A DNA stretch of 64,000 nt from Thermoanaerobaculia bacterium (GCA_963666565.1 OY762911.1:2272001-2336000); one strand, 5' to 3'. Positions 1 to 9,569 are shown, numbered from the stretch's first letter. Numbers and translations: made by a program. Notes: generated from the sequence alone by a model not told the origin.

Positions 1-831
1 CAGGCTGCTGGTGAGAACGCGCAGTTCGATGTCGGCCGCGGTCCCCGGCCGTTCGCCGCGCGACTTGGCGAGTTCGAGCCGGGTCGCGAGCCCGTCGAGC
101 AGGCGCGGGCTCCTCGGCGCCGCTCGCGCCCAGAGTGCGCCGCTTCTCGCGAAACGCGTCGTCCGCGGCCCGTCGACCGCGCCGCCAGCCGCATCCCCCG
201 GGAACGCGGGCGCCCTGCCCGCGTTCCGTGCCGCCGACGCTCGGGCGTCCAGGTCGAGAACCTTCTGCGGCGCCGTGCCGCCGGCGCGGTACGGCGTCGC
301 GATCAGCAGCGCCGCCCGGTGGTCTTCCGCCGCCCGCCGCAGCCGCAGCCACGCCGACTCCTTGCCGCGGCCGCCGGGGACCGGTGGCAGACCGAGGTCG
401 AGCACGACCAGGGGGAAGCCGCCGCCGATCAGCACCTCCGCGCTGCCCAGCGCCTGCTTCAGCCGTTCGGGCCGCGCCCAGAGCAGCCGTTCGAGGTCGA
501 CTCCGGCGCGCGCCGCCGCCTGCGGATCGAAGTGATCCCCCAGGTCGATCAGCGCCGCCGACTCGCCGCTCCGGGTGGCGCCGGCCAAAAGCGCCATCAC
601 CAGGGAGAAACGGCCGCTGCTCCGGGGGCCGACCAGTTCGACCGTCTGCCCGCGGCCGATGCCGCCGCCGAGCAGCCGGTCGACGCCGGCAAGCCGCGTG
701 GCGAAGACGCCGGTGTCCACTTCCCGGCACCCGGCCGGGCCGCCGTCCACCAGATCCCGCCCGCGCCGGATCTGGCGCACCAGGGACCGCGGCCACTGCG
801 GGTCGGCGAGAGCTGCGGGCAGGGAAGTCAC
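1..831 (-). CDS. ImuA-like / RecA-fold protein (3' end runs off the window; not in the ORF track)
   Basis: Manual translation from GTG at 831: ...TRLAGVDRLLGGGIGRGQTVELVGPRSSGRFSLVMALLAGATRSGESAALIDLGDHFDPQAAARAGVDLERLLWARPERLKQALGSAEVLIGGGFPLVVLDL. This is a RecA-like N-terminal fold with a degenerate Walker A (GPRSSGRF), as in ImuA-type proteins. Confidence 0.75.
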   Translation of the reverse strand, partial: MTSLPAALADPQWPRSLVRQIRRGRDLVDGGPAGCREVDTGVFATRLAGVDRLLGGGIGRGQTVELVGPRSSGRFSLVMALLAGATRSGESAALIDLGDHFDPQAAARAGVDLERLLWARPERLKQALGSAEVLIGGGFPLVVLDLGLPPVPGGRGKESAWLRLRRAAEDHRAALLIATPYRAGGTAPQKVLDLDARASAARNAGRAPAFPGDAAGGAVDGPRTTRFARSGALWARAAPRSPRLLDGLATRLELAKSRGERPGTAADIELRVLTSSL

Positions 832-1053
832 GGCGCCGAGAGCGGAACGAGAGAGCGGAAACGGGAAAACGGGAAGGGACCATCATAGCGCAACTAGGGC
901 GTAAACGGGAGTCTGCATGCTGCCGTGTCGCCGCCGTGAGCGGCGAAGCAAGATGGCAGCCAGCCTCCCTTATTGAAACTTCGGGCCGAACCTTGAATAA
1001 GCCGAACCCCTATTCAGAGTTCCTGCACATGCCCCTTGCGGCCCGGAGCGCGT

Positions 1054-1485
1054 TCAGCGAAGCCGCTGGAGGAACCACCAGTGGTGGCCCTCCGGGTCGC
1101 GGGCGCCGTAGTTCCGGTCGACCCAGTAGCCCTCGCCGTAGTCCTGCGTCATCGGCTCGACCGCGATGACGGCGCCCGCCGCCCGCGCCCGCTCGCAGTG
1201 CGCGTCGGCGTCGTCGACGTACACGGCCAGGGACTGCGTGTTCGCGCCGCCGAGCGCCCGTGGCGACTGCCGGTACGCACGGTCCGGTTGCAGGCCCGTC
1301 TGCCCGACCATGACGAGGCCGCCGTTCAGCACGAGCTGCGAATGGACGACGCGCCCCTCGTCGTCCTCGACCCGCTCCCGCACCTCGAAGCCGAAGGCGC
1401 GAACCAGCCAGTCGATCGCGGCCGCCGCGTCGTCGTAGAAGAGGGAGGACGAGATTCTCGGCCAGCCTTCGGGCGGTTTCTTCAT
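1054..1485 (-). CDS. VOC/glyoxalase (PhnB-like) family protein
   Basis: LFYDDAAAAIDWLVRAFGFE...VHSQL...YVDDADAHCERARAAGA...ARDPEGHHWWF. Confidence 0.85.
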   Translation of the reverse strand: MKKPPEGWPRISSSLFYDDAAAAIDWLVRAFGFEVRERVEDDEGRVVHSQLVLNGGLVMVGQTGLQPDRAYRQSPRALGGANTQSLAVYVDDADAHCERARAAGAVIAVEPMTQDYGEGYWVDRNYGARDPEGHHWWFLQRLR

Positions 1486-1514
1486 GGAGTTCTCCAGGTC
1501 GTGTCCTGTCGCGG

Positions 1515-2153
1515 CTAGTCGAGTTCAAGGACCTCGCCGTCGCGCAGAACGAGCGAGCGGTCGGCGAGGTCCGCCAGCGCTCCGGCTTCGTGGGTTGCGA
1601 CGAGCGCCAGGCCGCCGTCTTCCCGGAGATCTTCGAGCCACCCGCGGATGCGGCCTCGCCAGTGTTCGTCCATCGCGTCCAGCGGCTCGTCCAGGATCGC
1701 CGTTCGCGGCGTTCCGATCCAGGCGGCCGCGAGCAGGACCCGGCGGCGCTGGCCCCGGGACAGCTCGCGGATGGAGAGGTCCGCTTCCGCCTCCAGATCC
1801 GTTTCGGCCAGCACTTCCTCGACGCGCCCCGGCGGCTGCGACCTCAGCCGGCAGACGAGGCGCAGGACCTCGCGAACGCTGGCGAACGGCGTGACGTCGG
1901 GCTCTTGGGGGAGGAACGCCAGGTCGGAGCGGGCTGCGACCTCCTGGCGCCACAGGTCGGCGCCGTTCACGAGGACTCGCCCCACGTCCGGTTTCTCCAC
2001 TCCGGCCGCGAGCTTGAGCAGCGTCGTCTTGCCGGCGCCGTTCTCGCCCTGGAGCAGGGTCACGCCGCTCGCGACCTCCAGGTTCAGGTCCGTGAAGATG
2101 CGGGCGCGGTCGTCGTAGGCGAAGGCGACGCCCTCCATTCGCAGGCGCGGCAT
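1515..2153 (-). CDS. ABC transporter ATP-binding protein
   Basis: Walker A GENGAGKTT, signature LSRGQRRR, Walker B ILDEP, H-loop VATH. The ATG at 2153 overlaps the upstream gene's stop. Confidence 0.9.
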   Translation of the reverse strand: MPRLRMEGVAFAYDDRARIFTDLNLEVASGVTLLQGENGAGKTTLLKLAAGVEKPDVGRVLVNGADLWRQEVAARSDLAFLPQEPDVTPFASVREVLRLVCRLRSQPPGRVEEVLAETDLEAEADLSIRELSRGQRRRVLLAAAWIGTPRTAILDEPLDAMDEHWRGRIRGWLEDLREDGGLALVATHEAGALADLADRSLVLRDGEVLELD

Positions 2154-3427
2154 CACGACTCCGCATCGCGGGCCGCGTGGAATCGCCGCTCCAGGTAGAG
2201 CGCCGCCTTGAGCGACCGCTCGCGCCTCGCGGACGCTTCCAGCACGAGCGGCGACGCAAGCGCCAGGAAGAGCGCGACGATGGGCTGCAGGCTCGTGAGG
2301 AGAGCCGCCAGCATGGCTTCGACCCAGGTCCACGCCCCGAGTCGCGTCAGCCCCCGGAGCGAGTTCCGCATCCGACCCGGCAGCCGGACCGCCAGAAAGA
2401 CGAGCAGCGCGAGGACGGCCAGGCCGCTCGAGGCGCGCAGGTAGAGGAGCGGGATCAACAGCGGGCTGGCGATCGACAACAGCAGGACGGCGTCCGCGGC
2501 GACCCGCCGTCGCGCGGACCACGGGAGCGAACGGGACCAGGCCCAGGGCGGCCGACGCGCGCTCAGCAGCGTCGCCAGGGCAAGAACCGTCGTGGTCACG
2601 CCGAGCGAGGCGCCGAGGCGCACTACGAGTTCGGTCTGATCGGGCGTGAACTCGTTGTTGCGGATGGCCAGACCGGTCGGCGCCGCGAAGACGGCGGCCG
2701 GCAGGTGAACGAACGCGACCCACACCCCGAGCGCTCGCAGGGAGAAGACGAGTTGACCGGTCGGAAGACGCCGGCCGAGCGACCGGAGGAAGGACGAATC
2801 CGGCGGGACCCGAGCGGAGCGGGACGACCCTCGCCCGGCCTGGAAGCAGGCGAGGGCGAGAAGGGCCACGGCCGCCGCCAGACCGGGAAGCGAAGCGCTC
2901 GCCGCCAGCGGCGCCGCGGCGGCGGCGCAGGCGCGAGTTCGCCCCGGCGCCGGCGTCCAGACGCCCGCGGCCGCCAGCGCCACGAGCGGCAGAGCAGCCA
3001 GGGCTCTGAGCGAGACCGGCTCGCCGAGCAGCGTCGCTCCAACCCAGAGGAGGAACCAGAGAACGGCAAGGTGAGCAAGCGTCGCGGCGACGCTCAGGAC
3101 GCCCGCAGCCCATCGGGTCCGCGAACCGACGGGCAGATGAAGCTGCCAGCCGCGGTGCGCGGACCCGAGCCGCCGTGCCGCCGCGGCGGCGGCGATGACC
3201 GCCCAGAACGCGAAGCCGAGCCGGACGACCGAGAACGCTTCAGGCGTCGCGGTGCCGGCTGCCAGTCCCTTGAACAGAAGCTCGCGGGCCTGCGGCGGCT
3301 GCAGCGCCGCCAGAACGAGCAGGAGAACCAGTTGGAAGGTCGCGAGCCCCAGGGTGACGCGGATGGAGGAGGAGAGATGGAACCGGAAGCTCGCGCCCAA
3401 TCCGGTTCTTGTCGCGGGCTTATGCAC
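2153..3427 (-). CDS. Multi-pass membrane protein, probable ABC exporter permease
   Basis: Many hydrophobic segments; translationally coupled to the ABC ATPase. Confidence 0.65.
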   Translation of the reverse strand: MHKPATRTGLGASFRFHLSSSIRVTLGLATFQLVLLLVLAALQPPQARELLFKGLAAGTATPEAFSVVRLGFAFWAVIAAAAAARRLGSAHRGWQLHLPVGSRTRWAAGVLSVAATLAHLAVLWFLLWVGATLLGEPVSLRALAALPLVALAAAGVWTPAPGRTRACAAAAAPLAASASLPGLAAAVALLALACFQAGRGSSRSARVPPDSSFLRSLGRRLPTGQLVFSLRALGVWVAFVHLPAAVFAAPTGLAIRNNEFTPDQTELVVRLGASLGVTTTVLALATLLSARRPPWAWSRSLPWSARRRVAADAVLLLSIASPLLIPLLYLRASSGLAVLALLVFLAVRLPGRMRNSLRGLTRLGAWTWVEAMLAALLTSLQPIVALFLALASPLVLEASARRERSLKAALYLERRFHAARDAES

Positions 3428-3578
3428 CGCCTCGGAGGATAGCTGCCTCGCGGCCGACGCTGAGAATCTGCCCGGACCGGTGCCGCATGGGGACCTTGCC
3501 GGCGTGTCAGGCGATGCGCCGGGCCGTTTTCCGCGGGAACGCGGACCGCAGGCGTCTCGGTAGTGGCGAAAGACGCGC

Positions 3579-3836
3579 CTAACTCTCGACGCCTCGGGGA
3601 CGCCAGAACCGCAGGCCCACCTGGACGCCCGCCAGAATCACGGTCGCGACCGCGATGGCGGTCAGTATCGTTCCTTCCATGCCGTCGATCTGGCCTTGCA
3701 GGCCGTCGATCTGGCCCTGCAGGTTCGCCTCGAGGGCGGTGATTCGCCCCTCCAGCCGAGCGATGTCGGCCTTCGTGGCCAAGTGCTGGTAGGCGGCTTC
3801 AAGCGCTGCCACCCGTTCTTCGATTGGTATCGCCAT
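3579..3836 (-). CDS. Small coiled-coil protein with C-terminal TM anchor (DUF1640/CCDC90-like), paralog 1
   Basis: MAIPIEERVAALEAAYQHLATKADIARLEG...ILTAIAVATVILAGVQVGLRFW; purine-rich RBS upstream; near-identical to 4000-4290. Confidence 0.75.
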   Translation of the reverse strand: MAIPIEERVAALEAAYQHLATKADIARLEGRITALEANLQGQIDGLQGQIDGMEGTILTAIAVATVILAGVQVGLRFWRPRGVES

Positions 3837-3901
3837 TGGGCGTGCCCCTCTTGGTAGTCGGTCTCTCTGGAGTCGGTGGGGCAACCCGACGTCACCGCTC
3901 G

Positions 3902-3930
3902 ACGCTACGCGAACAGGCGGCTCATGGCAA
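3902..3930 (-). promoter_or_regulatory. sigma70-like promoter of paralog 1 (TTGCCA-17-TAGCGT)
   Basis: Canonical 17-bp spacing; an equivalent promoter precedes paralog 2. Confidence 0.6.
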
Positions 3931-3999
3931 GGCCGAGCGCGGCTTCGGAGTCTTGCTCCGGCGCCTTGGACGGACGGTGCGTCGACCGGCTTGGGGCGC

Positions 4000-4290
4000 C
4001 TAGGTCTCGGCGCCTCGTGGACGCCAGAACCGCAGGCCCACCTGGACGCCGGCCAGGATCACGGTCGCGACCGCGATGGCGGTCAGCATCGTTCCTTCCA
4101 GGCCATCGATCTGGCCTTGCAGTCCGTTGATCTGGCCTTGGAGGTTCGCCTCGACAGTGGCCATCTGGCCTTGCAGGTTTGCCTCAAGGGCGGCGATCCG
4201 TCCCTCCAGTCGAGCGATGTCGGCCTTGGTGGCCAAGTGCTTGTAGACGGCCTCAAGCGCCGCAACTCGTTCTTCGATCGGTACTGCCAT
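4000..4290 (-). CDS. Small coiled-coil protein with C-terminal TM anchor, paralog 2
   Basis: MAVPIEERVAALEAVYKHLATKADIARLEG...; one extra 11-aa repeat relative to paralog 1. Confidence 0.75.
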   Translation of the reverse strand: MAVPIEERVAALEAVYKHLATKADIARLEGRIAALEANLQGQMATVEANLQGQINGLQGQIDGLEGTMLTAIAVATVILAGVQVGLRFWRPRGAET

Positions 4291-4334
4291 CGGTTTGCCC
4301 TCACTGGATGTACTGGACGTTGTGGGGCAGCCCG

Positions 4335-4363
4335 AAGCTACGTCAACGGTGGACCGAAGGCAA
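4335..4363 (-). promoter_or_regulatory. sigma70-like promoter of paralog 2 (TTGCCT-17-TAGCTT)
   Basis: 17-bp spacing; positionally homologous to 3902-3930. Confidence 0.6.
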
Positions 4364-4399
4364 GGTCCTGGGGGGTGTCAGGGCACTACGTCCTGCGTG

Positions 4400-5302
4400 T
4401 CAGGGCACGACCTCGGCCCAGTTCGGCGCGGCCGCGGCGTCGCCCTCGCCCGCGGCCCATTCGATCGTGTCGCCGACCCAGGCCTGGAACATCTCGTGGT
4501 CCCAGACGTCCTCGCGGTGACCCATCGCGTTGTAGAGGACGCGGCCGGCGCCGAGTTCGCGGCACCAGGCGACGGGGTAGGGGGCGATGTCGTAGACCTC
4601 CTGCCTGGCGCGCTCTTCGCCGGGGTCCATCAGCGCCAGGACGTGGAGCTTGTCCTCGGCGACGTTCTTGAACAGGTACCACTCGTCCATGATCTTCCAG
4701 CCGTCCTCGACGGACTTCATCGTCGGGTGGGCGGCATCGGCGACGCGGACGATGCCGGGGAACTGGGCGCCGTGGTGGACGAACTCGCCGCCGATCATGC
4801 CGACGTAGGGCGTGACTTCGTCCTCCTCGCCGTGGAAGGTGTCGGTCGCTGGGTGGAAGCCGACGAAGCCGCCGCCGGCCTCGATCCAGGCGATCAGGTC
4901 GGAGACGCCGTCGGCGCTCATCGGCGGATTGCCGTCGCCGCGGAAGAAGCCCTCGCCGGTGCCGCCCCGCTGGGTCAGGTCGCCGGTCGTGTAGAAGACG
5001 ACGACGTCGAAGTTGGCGAGCTGGGCCGCGTTGACGAGGCCCGCGTCCTTGGTGGACGTGACCTCGAAGCCGCGGTCGGCTGCCATGCCGGCGAGCACGG
5101 CGTCGACGTGGCTGGGCCGGCCGTCCGTGCGTTTGATGGCGGAGTGCTCGAAGCCGGAGGACTTGCTGAGGAACAGGACGCGGACGGGGTCGTCGGTTTG
5201 GGCTTCGGAGGCGAAGCTGGGGGTGCCGGCGGTGGCCAGGAGGAGGAGGGGCAGTGCGAGTGCGAGGAGCAGGTGCCGAATGCGACTTGGAGCTTGGTTC
5301 AT
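4400..5302 (-). CDS. Secreted ThuA domain-containing protein
   Basis: Signal peptide; RVLFLSKSSGFEHSAI, GGGFVGFHPATD, DEWY, GRVLYNAMGHREDVW. Confidence 0.85.
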   Translation of the reverse strand: MNQAPSRIRHLLLALALPLLLLATAGTPSFASEAQTDDPVRVLFLSKSSGFEHSAIKRTDGRPSHVDAVLAGMAADRGFEVTSTKDAGLVNAAQLANFDVVVFYTTGDLTQRGGTGEGFFRGDGNPPMSADGVSDLIAWIEAGGGFVGFHPATDTFHGEEDEVTPYVGMIGGEFVHHGAQFPGIVRVADAAHPTMKSVEDGWKIMDEWYLFKNVAEDKLHVLALMDPGEERARQEVYDIAPYPVAWCRELGAGRVLYNAMGHREDVWDHEMFQAWVGDTIEWAAGEGDAAAAPNWAEVVP

Positions 5303-5322
5303 GCGGGGAAGTTACCACCGCG

Positions 5323-5415
5323 CGGGCTCGCCGCTTTGCGGCATCGCGCTCGATGCGGGTCAGAAGACCCGCGCACCCGGCAGAACTCGATGCGGGTCGG
5401 AAGACCCGCGCACCC
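5323..5415 (-). repeat. REP-like element, two tandem copies (5355-5378, 5392-5415) plus the GCATC..GCGCGATGCCGC.AAGCGGCGAGCCCG tail
   Basis: Reverse complement of GGGTGCGCGGGTCTTC(C/T)GACCCGC; the same tail occurs at 46452 and 59078. Confidence 0.85.
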
Positions 5416-5422
5416 GGTGGGC

Positions 5423-6265
5423 TCAACTGAACTGGGCTATGACCTCTTCGCCGAACTGGGCCAGCCGGTCGGGCGGCATCGGCGGCACGATGACGCGGGA
5501 AACGCCGAGTTCGGCCATTCGCGCGACATGGTCGGGCGGTCCGCCGTTCGCGGTGATCTCGATCGCGTCCGGGTCGCGGCCCGCCGCCTCGGCGCTCTCG
5601 CGCATGACGCCGAGCAGGTGCTTCAGCCTGTCGGCATCGCCGAGAGCGGGGAAGAACCCGTCGCCCAGTTCGCCGGCGCGGCGGGCGGCGCGCTCGGAGT
5701 GGCCGCCGACGACGATCGGCACGGAACCCTGGACCGGCTGAGGCCGGCTGTAGCAGTCGGAGAACTGGACGAACTCGCCGTCGTGGCTCGGGCAGTCTTC
5801 GGTCCACAGGGCCCGCAGGGCGCCGATGTAGTCGTCCAGCCGGCGTCCGCGGCCGGCGAACGGTACGCCGAGCGCCTTGAACTCCTCCTCCAGCCAGCCG
5901 ACGCCGACGCCCAGGACGGCCCGGCCGCCGGAGAGCTTGTCGAGCGTGGCGACGGCCTTGGCCGTGACCAGGGGATTGCGCTGCGGGACGATCAGGATGC
6001 CGGTCGCGAGCTTGATGCTCTTCGTCGCCGCGGCCACGTAGGATAGCCACATGAGCGGGTCGGGGATGTCGAAGTCCTCGCGTCCGCCGGGCATCCTGCC
6101 GCTCTCGTCGTAGGGGTAGCGGGAGGCGTAGCCGCGCGGGACGACGACGTGCTCCACGGTCCATAGCGAGTCGAAGCCGGCGGCTTCGGCGGCCTGGGCC
6201 AGTGCGGCGGCAGGCGGACCGTCGACGAACGCGCCGGTGTTGGCGAACATGATGCCGAACTTCAT
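5423..6265 (-). CDS. LLM class (probable F420-dependent, Rv2161c-like) oxidoreductase
   Basis: MKFGIMF...AEAAGFDSLWTVEHVVVP...YPY...DPL.WL...IKLATGILIVPQRNP...AKAVATLDKLSGGR..LGVGVGWLEEEF; RBS AAGGAG. The ORF track's upstream extension is the antisense shadow of the MMPL gene. Confidence 0.88.
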   Translation of the reverse strand: MKFGIMFANTGAFVDGPPAAALAQAAEAAGFDSLWTVEHVVVPRGYASRYPYDESGRMPGGREDFDIPDPLMWLSYVAAATKSIKLATGILIVPQRNPLVTAKAVATLDKLSGGRAVLGVGVGWLEEEFKALGVPFAGRGRRLDDYIGALRALWTEDCPSHDGEFVQFSDCYSRPQPVQGSVPIVVGGHSERAARRAGELGDGFFPALGDADRLKHLLGVMRESAEAAGRDPDAIEITANGGPPDHVARMAELGVSRVIVPPMPPDRLAQFGEEVIAQFS

Positions 6266-6316
6266 CTCTTCTCCTTGTGCCGCGGGCCTTGCGGAACCGG
6301 CGGACTGTAGCAGCCG

Positions 6317-8734
6317 ATGACGAAGCTCCTCGACGCGGTCGCGCGCTGGACGATCCGCTCGCCGCGGCGCGCCATCGCCTGCGCCGTCGCGCCCGCGCTC
6401 GCGCTGGCGGCGCTGCTGCCGGCGACCCCGGTGGACCTCACCTTCACCGGCGTGATGAACCGGGAGAACGAGCACATCGGCCGCTACTTCGAGGCCTCCG
6501 CGCGCTACGAACTGGGCGGGCTGCTGCTGGTGCTGCTCGAAGGCGAGGAAGCGCTGCTCGACGACGCGGTCGACCTCGCGATCCGGGCCGCGTCGGCCTT
6601 GCCGTCCGTGGTGGCGGCGCGCCGTCCGCTGCCCGTCGAGTGGCTGGAGGAACAGGCGCCGTGGCTGGTCGACCGCGCGTTGTTCGACCGTTGGCTGGGA
6701 TTGGCGGAACGCCCGGGCGATGTGGCGAACGCGGCCCGGTTCGCGGCCTCCGCCCTGGCGTTGCGGCGCGAGGCGGGCGGCGCCCCCGGCGCCCGGCTGG
6801 TCGAGATCAAGATGGCGCTCGATCCACTGGAGGAGGAAGTCGGCGGCAGTGCGTTCTTCGAGCTCCGGGACGCGGTCGAGCGCGCGCTGGCCGGTACGGG
6901 GGCGACCGCCGCGTTCTCGGGCCTGCCGGCGGCCTCGGCGGAGGACCAGGAACAGACCCTGGGCGCCATCCGGCGGCTGACGCCGATCAGCCTCGCGCTC
7001 GTGCTGCTGCTGTTCGGGATCGTCGAAAGGCGTCCGGGCGGCCTGCTCTCGGTGGCGGCGGTGCTCGTGCTCTCGATCGGCGCCGCGCTCGGCGCGGTCG
7101 GCCTGCTGACCGGCAAGCTGACGGTCATGGAGACCTTCTTCGGGGTCACGGTGTTCGGTCTGGGCATCGACTTCGCCGTTCATCTGTTCGCGCGCCAGCG
7201 CGAGGAACTCGCGCGCGGCCTTCCCTTCGAGCGGGCCCTGCGCGGGACGGTGGCGGGTGCCGGCCGCGGCGTGGTCGCCGGCTGCGTCACCACGGCCGGC
7301 GCGTTTCTCGTCGCGTCCGCGGCGCCGGACCCGGTGGCGCTGCACCTCGGCCTGTCCGGCGGCCTGGGGCTGCTCTTCTGCCTGCCGTTGACGCTGCTCA
7401 TCCTCCCCTCGGTCTGGGTGCTGAGGGAGCGAAGGCGTCGTCGCCGCGGCACCACCGCCGGGATCGAGGCGAACGGTGCGACCCGCGCGACCGCTGTACC
7501 GTCGCCGGTTCCCGCGCCGGGCCTTCCCTTCCTCGTGCGATGGGCGACGGAGCGGCCGGTCCGCTGCCTCGTCGTCTGCGGGGCAGTGCTGGCGGCGGCG
7601 CTCGCGGGACTGCCCCGGCTCCAGATCGAAACGCGGCTGGAGCGGATCATGAACCGCGGCATTCCCGCGCTCGCCGCGGTGGACCGGATCCAGGAGATCC
7701 TGGGGACGAACGGCGCGCCGTGGATTCTCGCGGCCGAGGACCTCGAACAGTCGCGGGAGTTCGAGCGTCGGCTGGAAGGGCATCCGCTGTTCAGCGGGAC
7801 GCTCGGCCTCGGCACCGTCCTGCCGGCCGATCTCGCGGACCGCGCCGCCGTTCTGGAGCGTATCCCGTGGCCGGAAGACACGGAACCCGGCGCGGCCGCC
7901 GCCGGCTCGGCGCAAGGCCGCTCGGCGGAGACCGGCGGAGCGGCGGGAGACGCGGCGCCGGCGTTCGACGCCCTGCGCCCGGTGGCGGTGGCGCCGCCCG
8001 CGACTGCCTCGCCGCCGGGCGGTCCCCTGGACGTCGCGGTGGCGGCGCTCCGGCGCGCGGCGGCCGCCGGCCCGCCGACTCTCGACTCGCTGCCGTCCGC
8101 GCTGCGGGAGAAGTTCATCGCGCCGACCGGCGAGTTCCTCGTCTACGCCTACCCCGGCGACTCGAAGGCCGACGGCGCCCTGGCCCGGCGCCACCGGCTG
8201 GCGGTGCAGGCGATCGACCCCGGCGCCACCGGCTTGCTGGCCGTGGTCGAGGGGATGATGATCGGCGAGCGGCCCTGGATCCCCTGGATCGCCCTCTCGA
8301 TCCTGGGCTTCGTCCTGCTGGTGCTGTGCGTCGACTTCCGGCGCCCGGCGTCCGTCCTGCTGGCGCTCGTTCCCGTGCTGGCCGCCGTCCCGTTCACCCT
8401 GGGCGTGCTGTGCTGGATCGGCATTCCCTTCAACGTGATGACCTGGGTCGTGCTGCCGCTGATCTTCGGGCTGGGCATCGACGACGGCATCCACGTCGTC
8501 CACCGCATTCTCGACGACCCGTCGCGGTCCATCCGCTCCGGGGCGCTGTCCGTGGGCCGCGCCATCGCGATGACGACCCTCACCACGACCGCTAGCTTCT
8601 CGGTCCTCCTGTTCACGGACCACCTGGGGCTGGAGACGATGGCCGCGGTCATGCTGGTCGGCCTGCCGGCGTGCCTGCTGGCCTCGGTCACCGTGTTGCC
8701 TGCGGCTGCCGTCCTGCTGCTCGGAAGGCGGTAG
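6317..8734 (+). CDS. MMPL/RND family transporter
   Basis: Two-halved TM architecture with GLGIDFAVH and GLGIDDGIH motifs. Confidence 0.85.
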   Translation: MTKLLDAVARWTIRSPRRAIACAVAPALALAALLPATPVDLTFTGVMNRENEHIGRYFEASARYELGGLLLVLLEGEEALLDDAVDLAIRAASALPSVVAARRPLPVEWLEEQAPWLVDRALFDRWLGLAERPGDVANAARFAASALALRREAGGAPGARLVEIKMALDPLEEEVGGSAFFELRDAVERALAGTGATAAFSGLPAASAEDQEQTLGAIRRLTPISLALVLLLFGIVERRPGGLLSVAAVLVLSIGAALGAVGLLTGKLTVMETFFGVTVFGLGIDFAVHLFARQREELARGLPFERALRGTVAGAGRGVVAGCVTTAGAFLVASAAPDPVALHLGLSGGLGLLFCLPLTLLILPSVWVLRERRRRRRGTTAGIEANGATRATAVPSPVPAPGLPFLVRWATERPVRCLVVCGAVLAAALAGLPRLQIETRLERIMNRGIPALAAVDRIQEILGTNGAPWILAAEDLEQSREFERRLEGHPLFSGTLGLGTVLPADLADRAAVLERIPWPEDTEPGAAAAGSAQGRSAETGGAAGDAAPAFDALRPVAVAPPATASPPGGPLDVAVAALRRAAAAGPPTLDSLPSALREKFIAPTGEFLVYAYPGDSKADGALARRHRLAVQAIDPGATGLLAVVEGMMIGERPWIPWIALSILGFVLLVLCVDFRRPASVLLALVPVLAAVPFTLGVLCWIGIPFNVMTWVVLPLIFGLGIDDGIHVVHRILDDPSRSIRSGALSVGRAIAMTTLTTTASFSVLLFTDHLGLETMAAVMLVGLPACLLASVTVLPAAAVLLLGRR

Positions 8735-8744
8735 CCTCGTCCCG

Positions 8745-9569
8745 ATGCCCGAGCTGTCGCACCAGTCAGCCGTCCTGATCGTTGCCGCCGGTCTCGTCGC
8801 CTGCGGTGCGCCGGAATCCGTCGCCCTGCCCGGCTGGGACCGGAGCGACGAGGAGAGCGTGGAACGGATCGACCACGGCGCCTGGCAGGAGTTGCTGGAC
8901 CGCTACGTCGTCGCGCGGGACACCGGGGTCAACCTGGTCGACTACGCGGGCTTCGCCCGCAACGGCGACGACGCCGCGAAGCTGGCGGCGTACCTGGACG
9001 ACCTGCAGGCCCTCGATCCGCTGACCCTCGCGCGCGCCGAGCAGAAGGCGTTCTGGATCAACCTGTACAACGCCCTGACGCTCCAGGTCGTCCTCTCGGA
9101 GTACCCGGTCGACTCGATCAAGGAGATCCACGAGGGAATCGTCCCCAACGCCGGCCCGTGGCAGGACCCGCACGCGGAAGTGAACGGCCGGAGCCTGAGC
9201 CTCGACGACATCGAACACGGCATCCTGCGCCCGCTCTGGCGGGACAACCGGATCCACTACGGCGTGAACTGTGCCGCGTACGGCTGCCCTCACCTGGTGG
9301 CGACGGCGTTCACCGGCGCGAACACGGACCGGTTGCTCGACGAGGCGGCCCGCGCCTACGTGAACGACGCCCGCGGTGTCGACTTCGTCGCCACCGACCG
9401 GATCGTCGTCTCGAGCATCTACGAGTGGTACGTGGAGGACTTCGGCGACACGGAAGAGTCGGTGCTGGCCCACCTCGTCGACTACGCGGACGAAGAACTG
9501 GCCGCCCGCCTGCGGGACTTCGACGGGACGATCGAGTACGCGTACGACTGGCGCCTGAACGAGCCATGA
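8745..9569 (+). CDS. DUF547 domain lipoprotein
   Basis: Lipobox LVAC; AFWINLYNALT, SLDDIEHGILR, RIHYGVNCAAYGCP. Confidence 0.88.
   Translation: MPELSHQSAVLIVAAGLVACGAPESVALPGWDRSDEESVERIDHGAWQELLDRYVVARDTGVNLVDYAGFARNGDDAAKLAAYLDDLQALDPLTLARAEQKAFWINLYNALTLQVVLSEYPVDSIKEIHEGIVPNAGPWQDPHAEVNGRSLSLDDIEHGILRPLWRDNRIHYGVNCAAYGCPHLVATAFTGANTDRLLDEAARAYVNDARGVDFVATDRIVVSSIYEWYVEDFGDTEESVLAHLVDYADEELAARLRDFDGTIEYAYDWRLNEP

Noticed and set aside
1-831. Calling this gene recA
   Set aside because: The Walker A lacks GKT and the RecA signature motifs are absent; an ImuA-like assignment fits better.
11-1169. Plus-strand ORFs at the window start
   Set aside because: Shadow frames of the minus-strand ImuA/RecA-like gene, which the track misses because it has no stop inside the window.
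3579-4290. Diversity-generating retroelement (TR/VR pair) as an explanation for the duplicated small genes or the giant gene's repeats
   Set aside because: Differences are not adenine-specific, both copies have their own promoters, and no reverse transcriptase is present in the window.
5423-8623. 1066-aa ORF suggesting a long fusion to the LLM oxidoreductase
   Set aside because: The upstream part is antisense to the MMPL gene; the real start with an RBS is at 6265.
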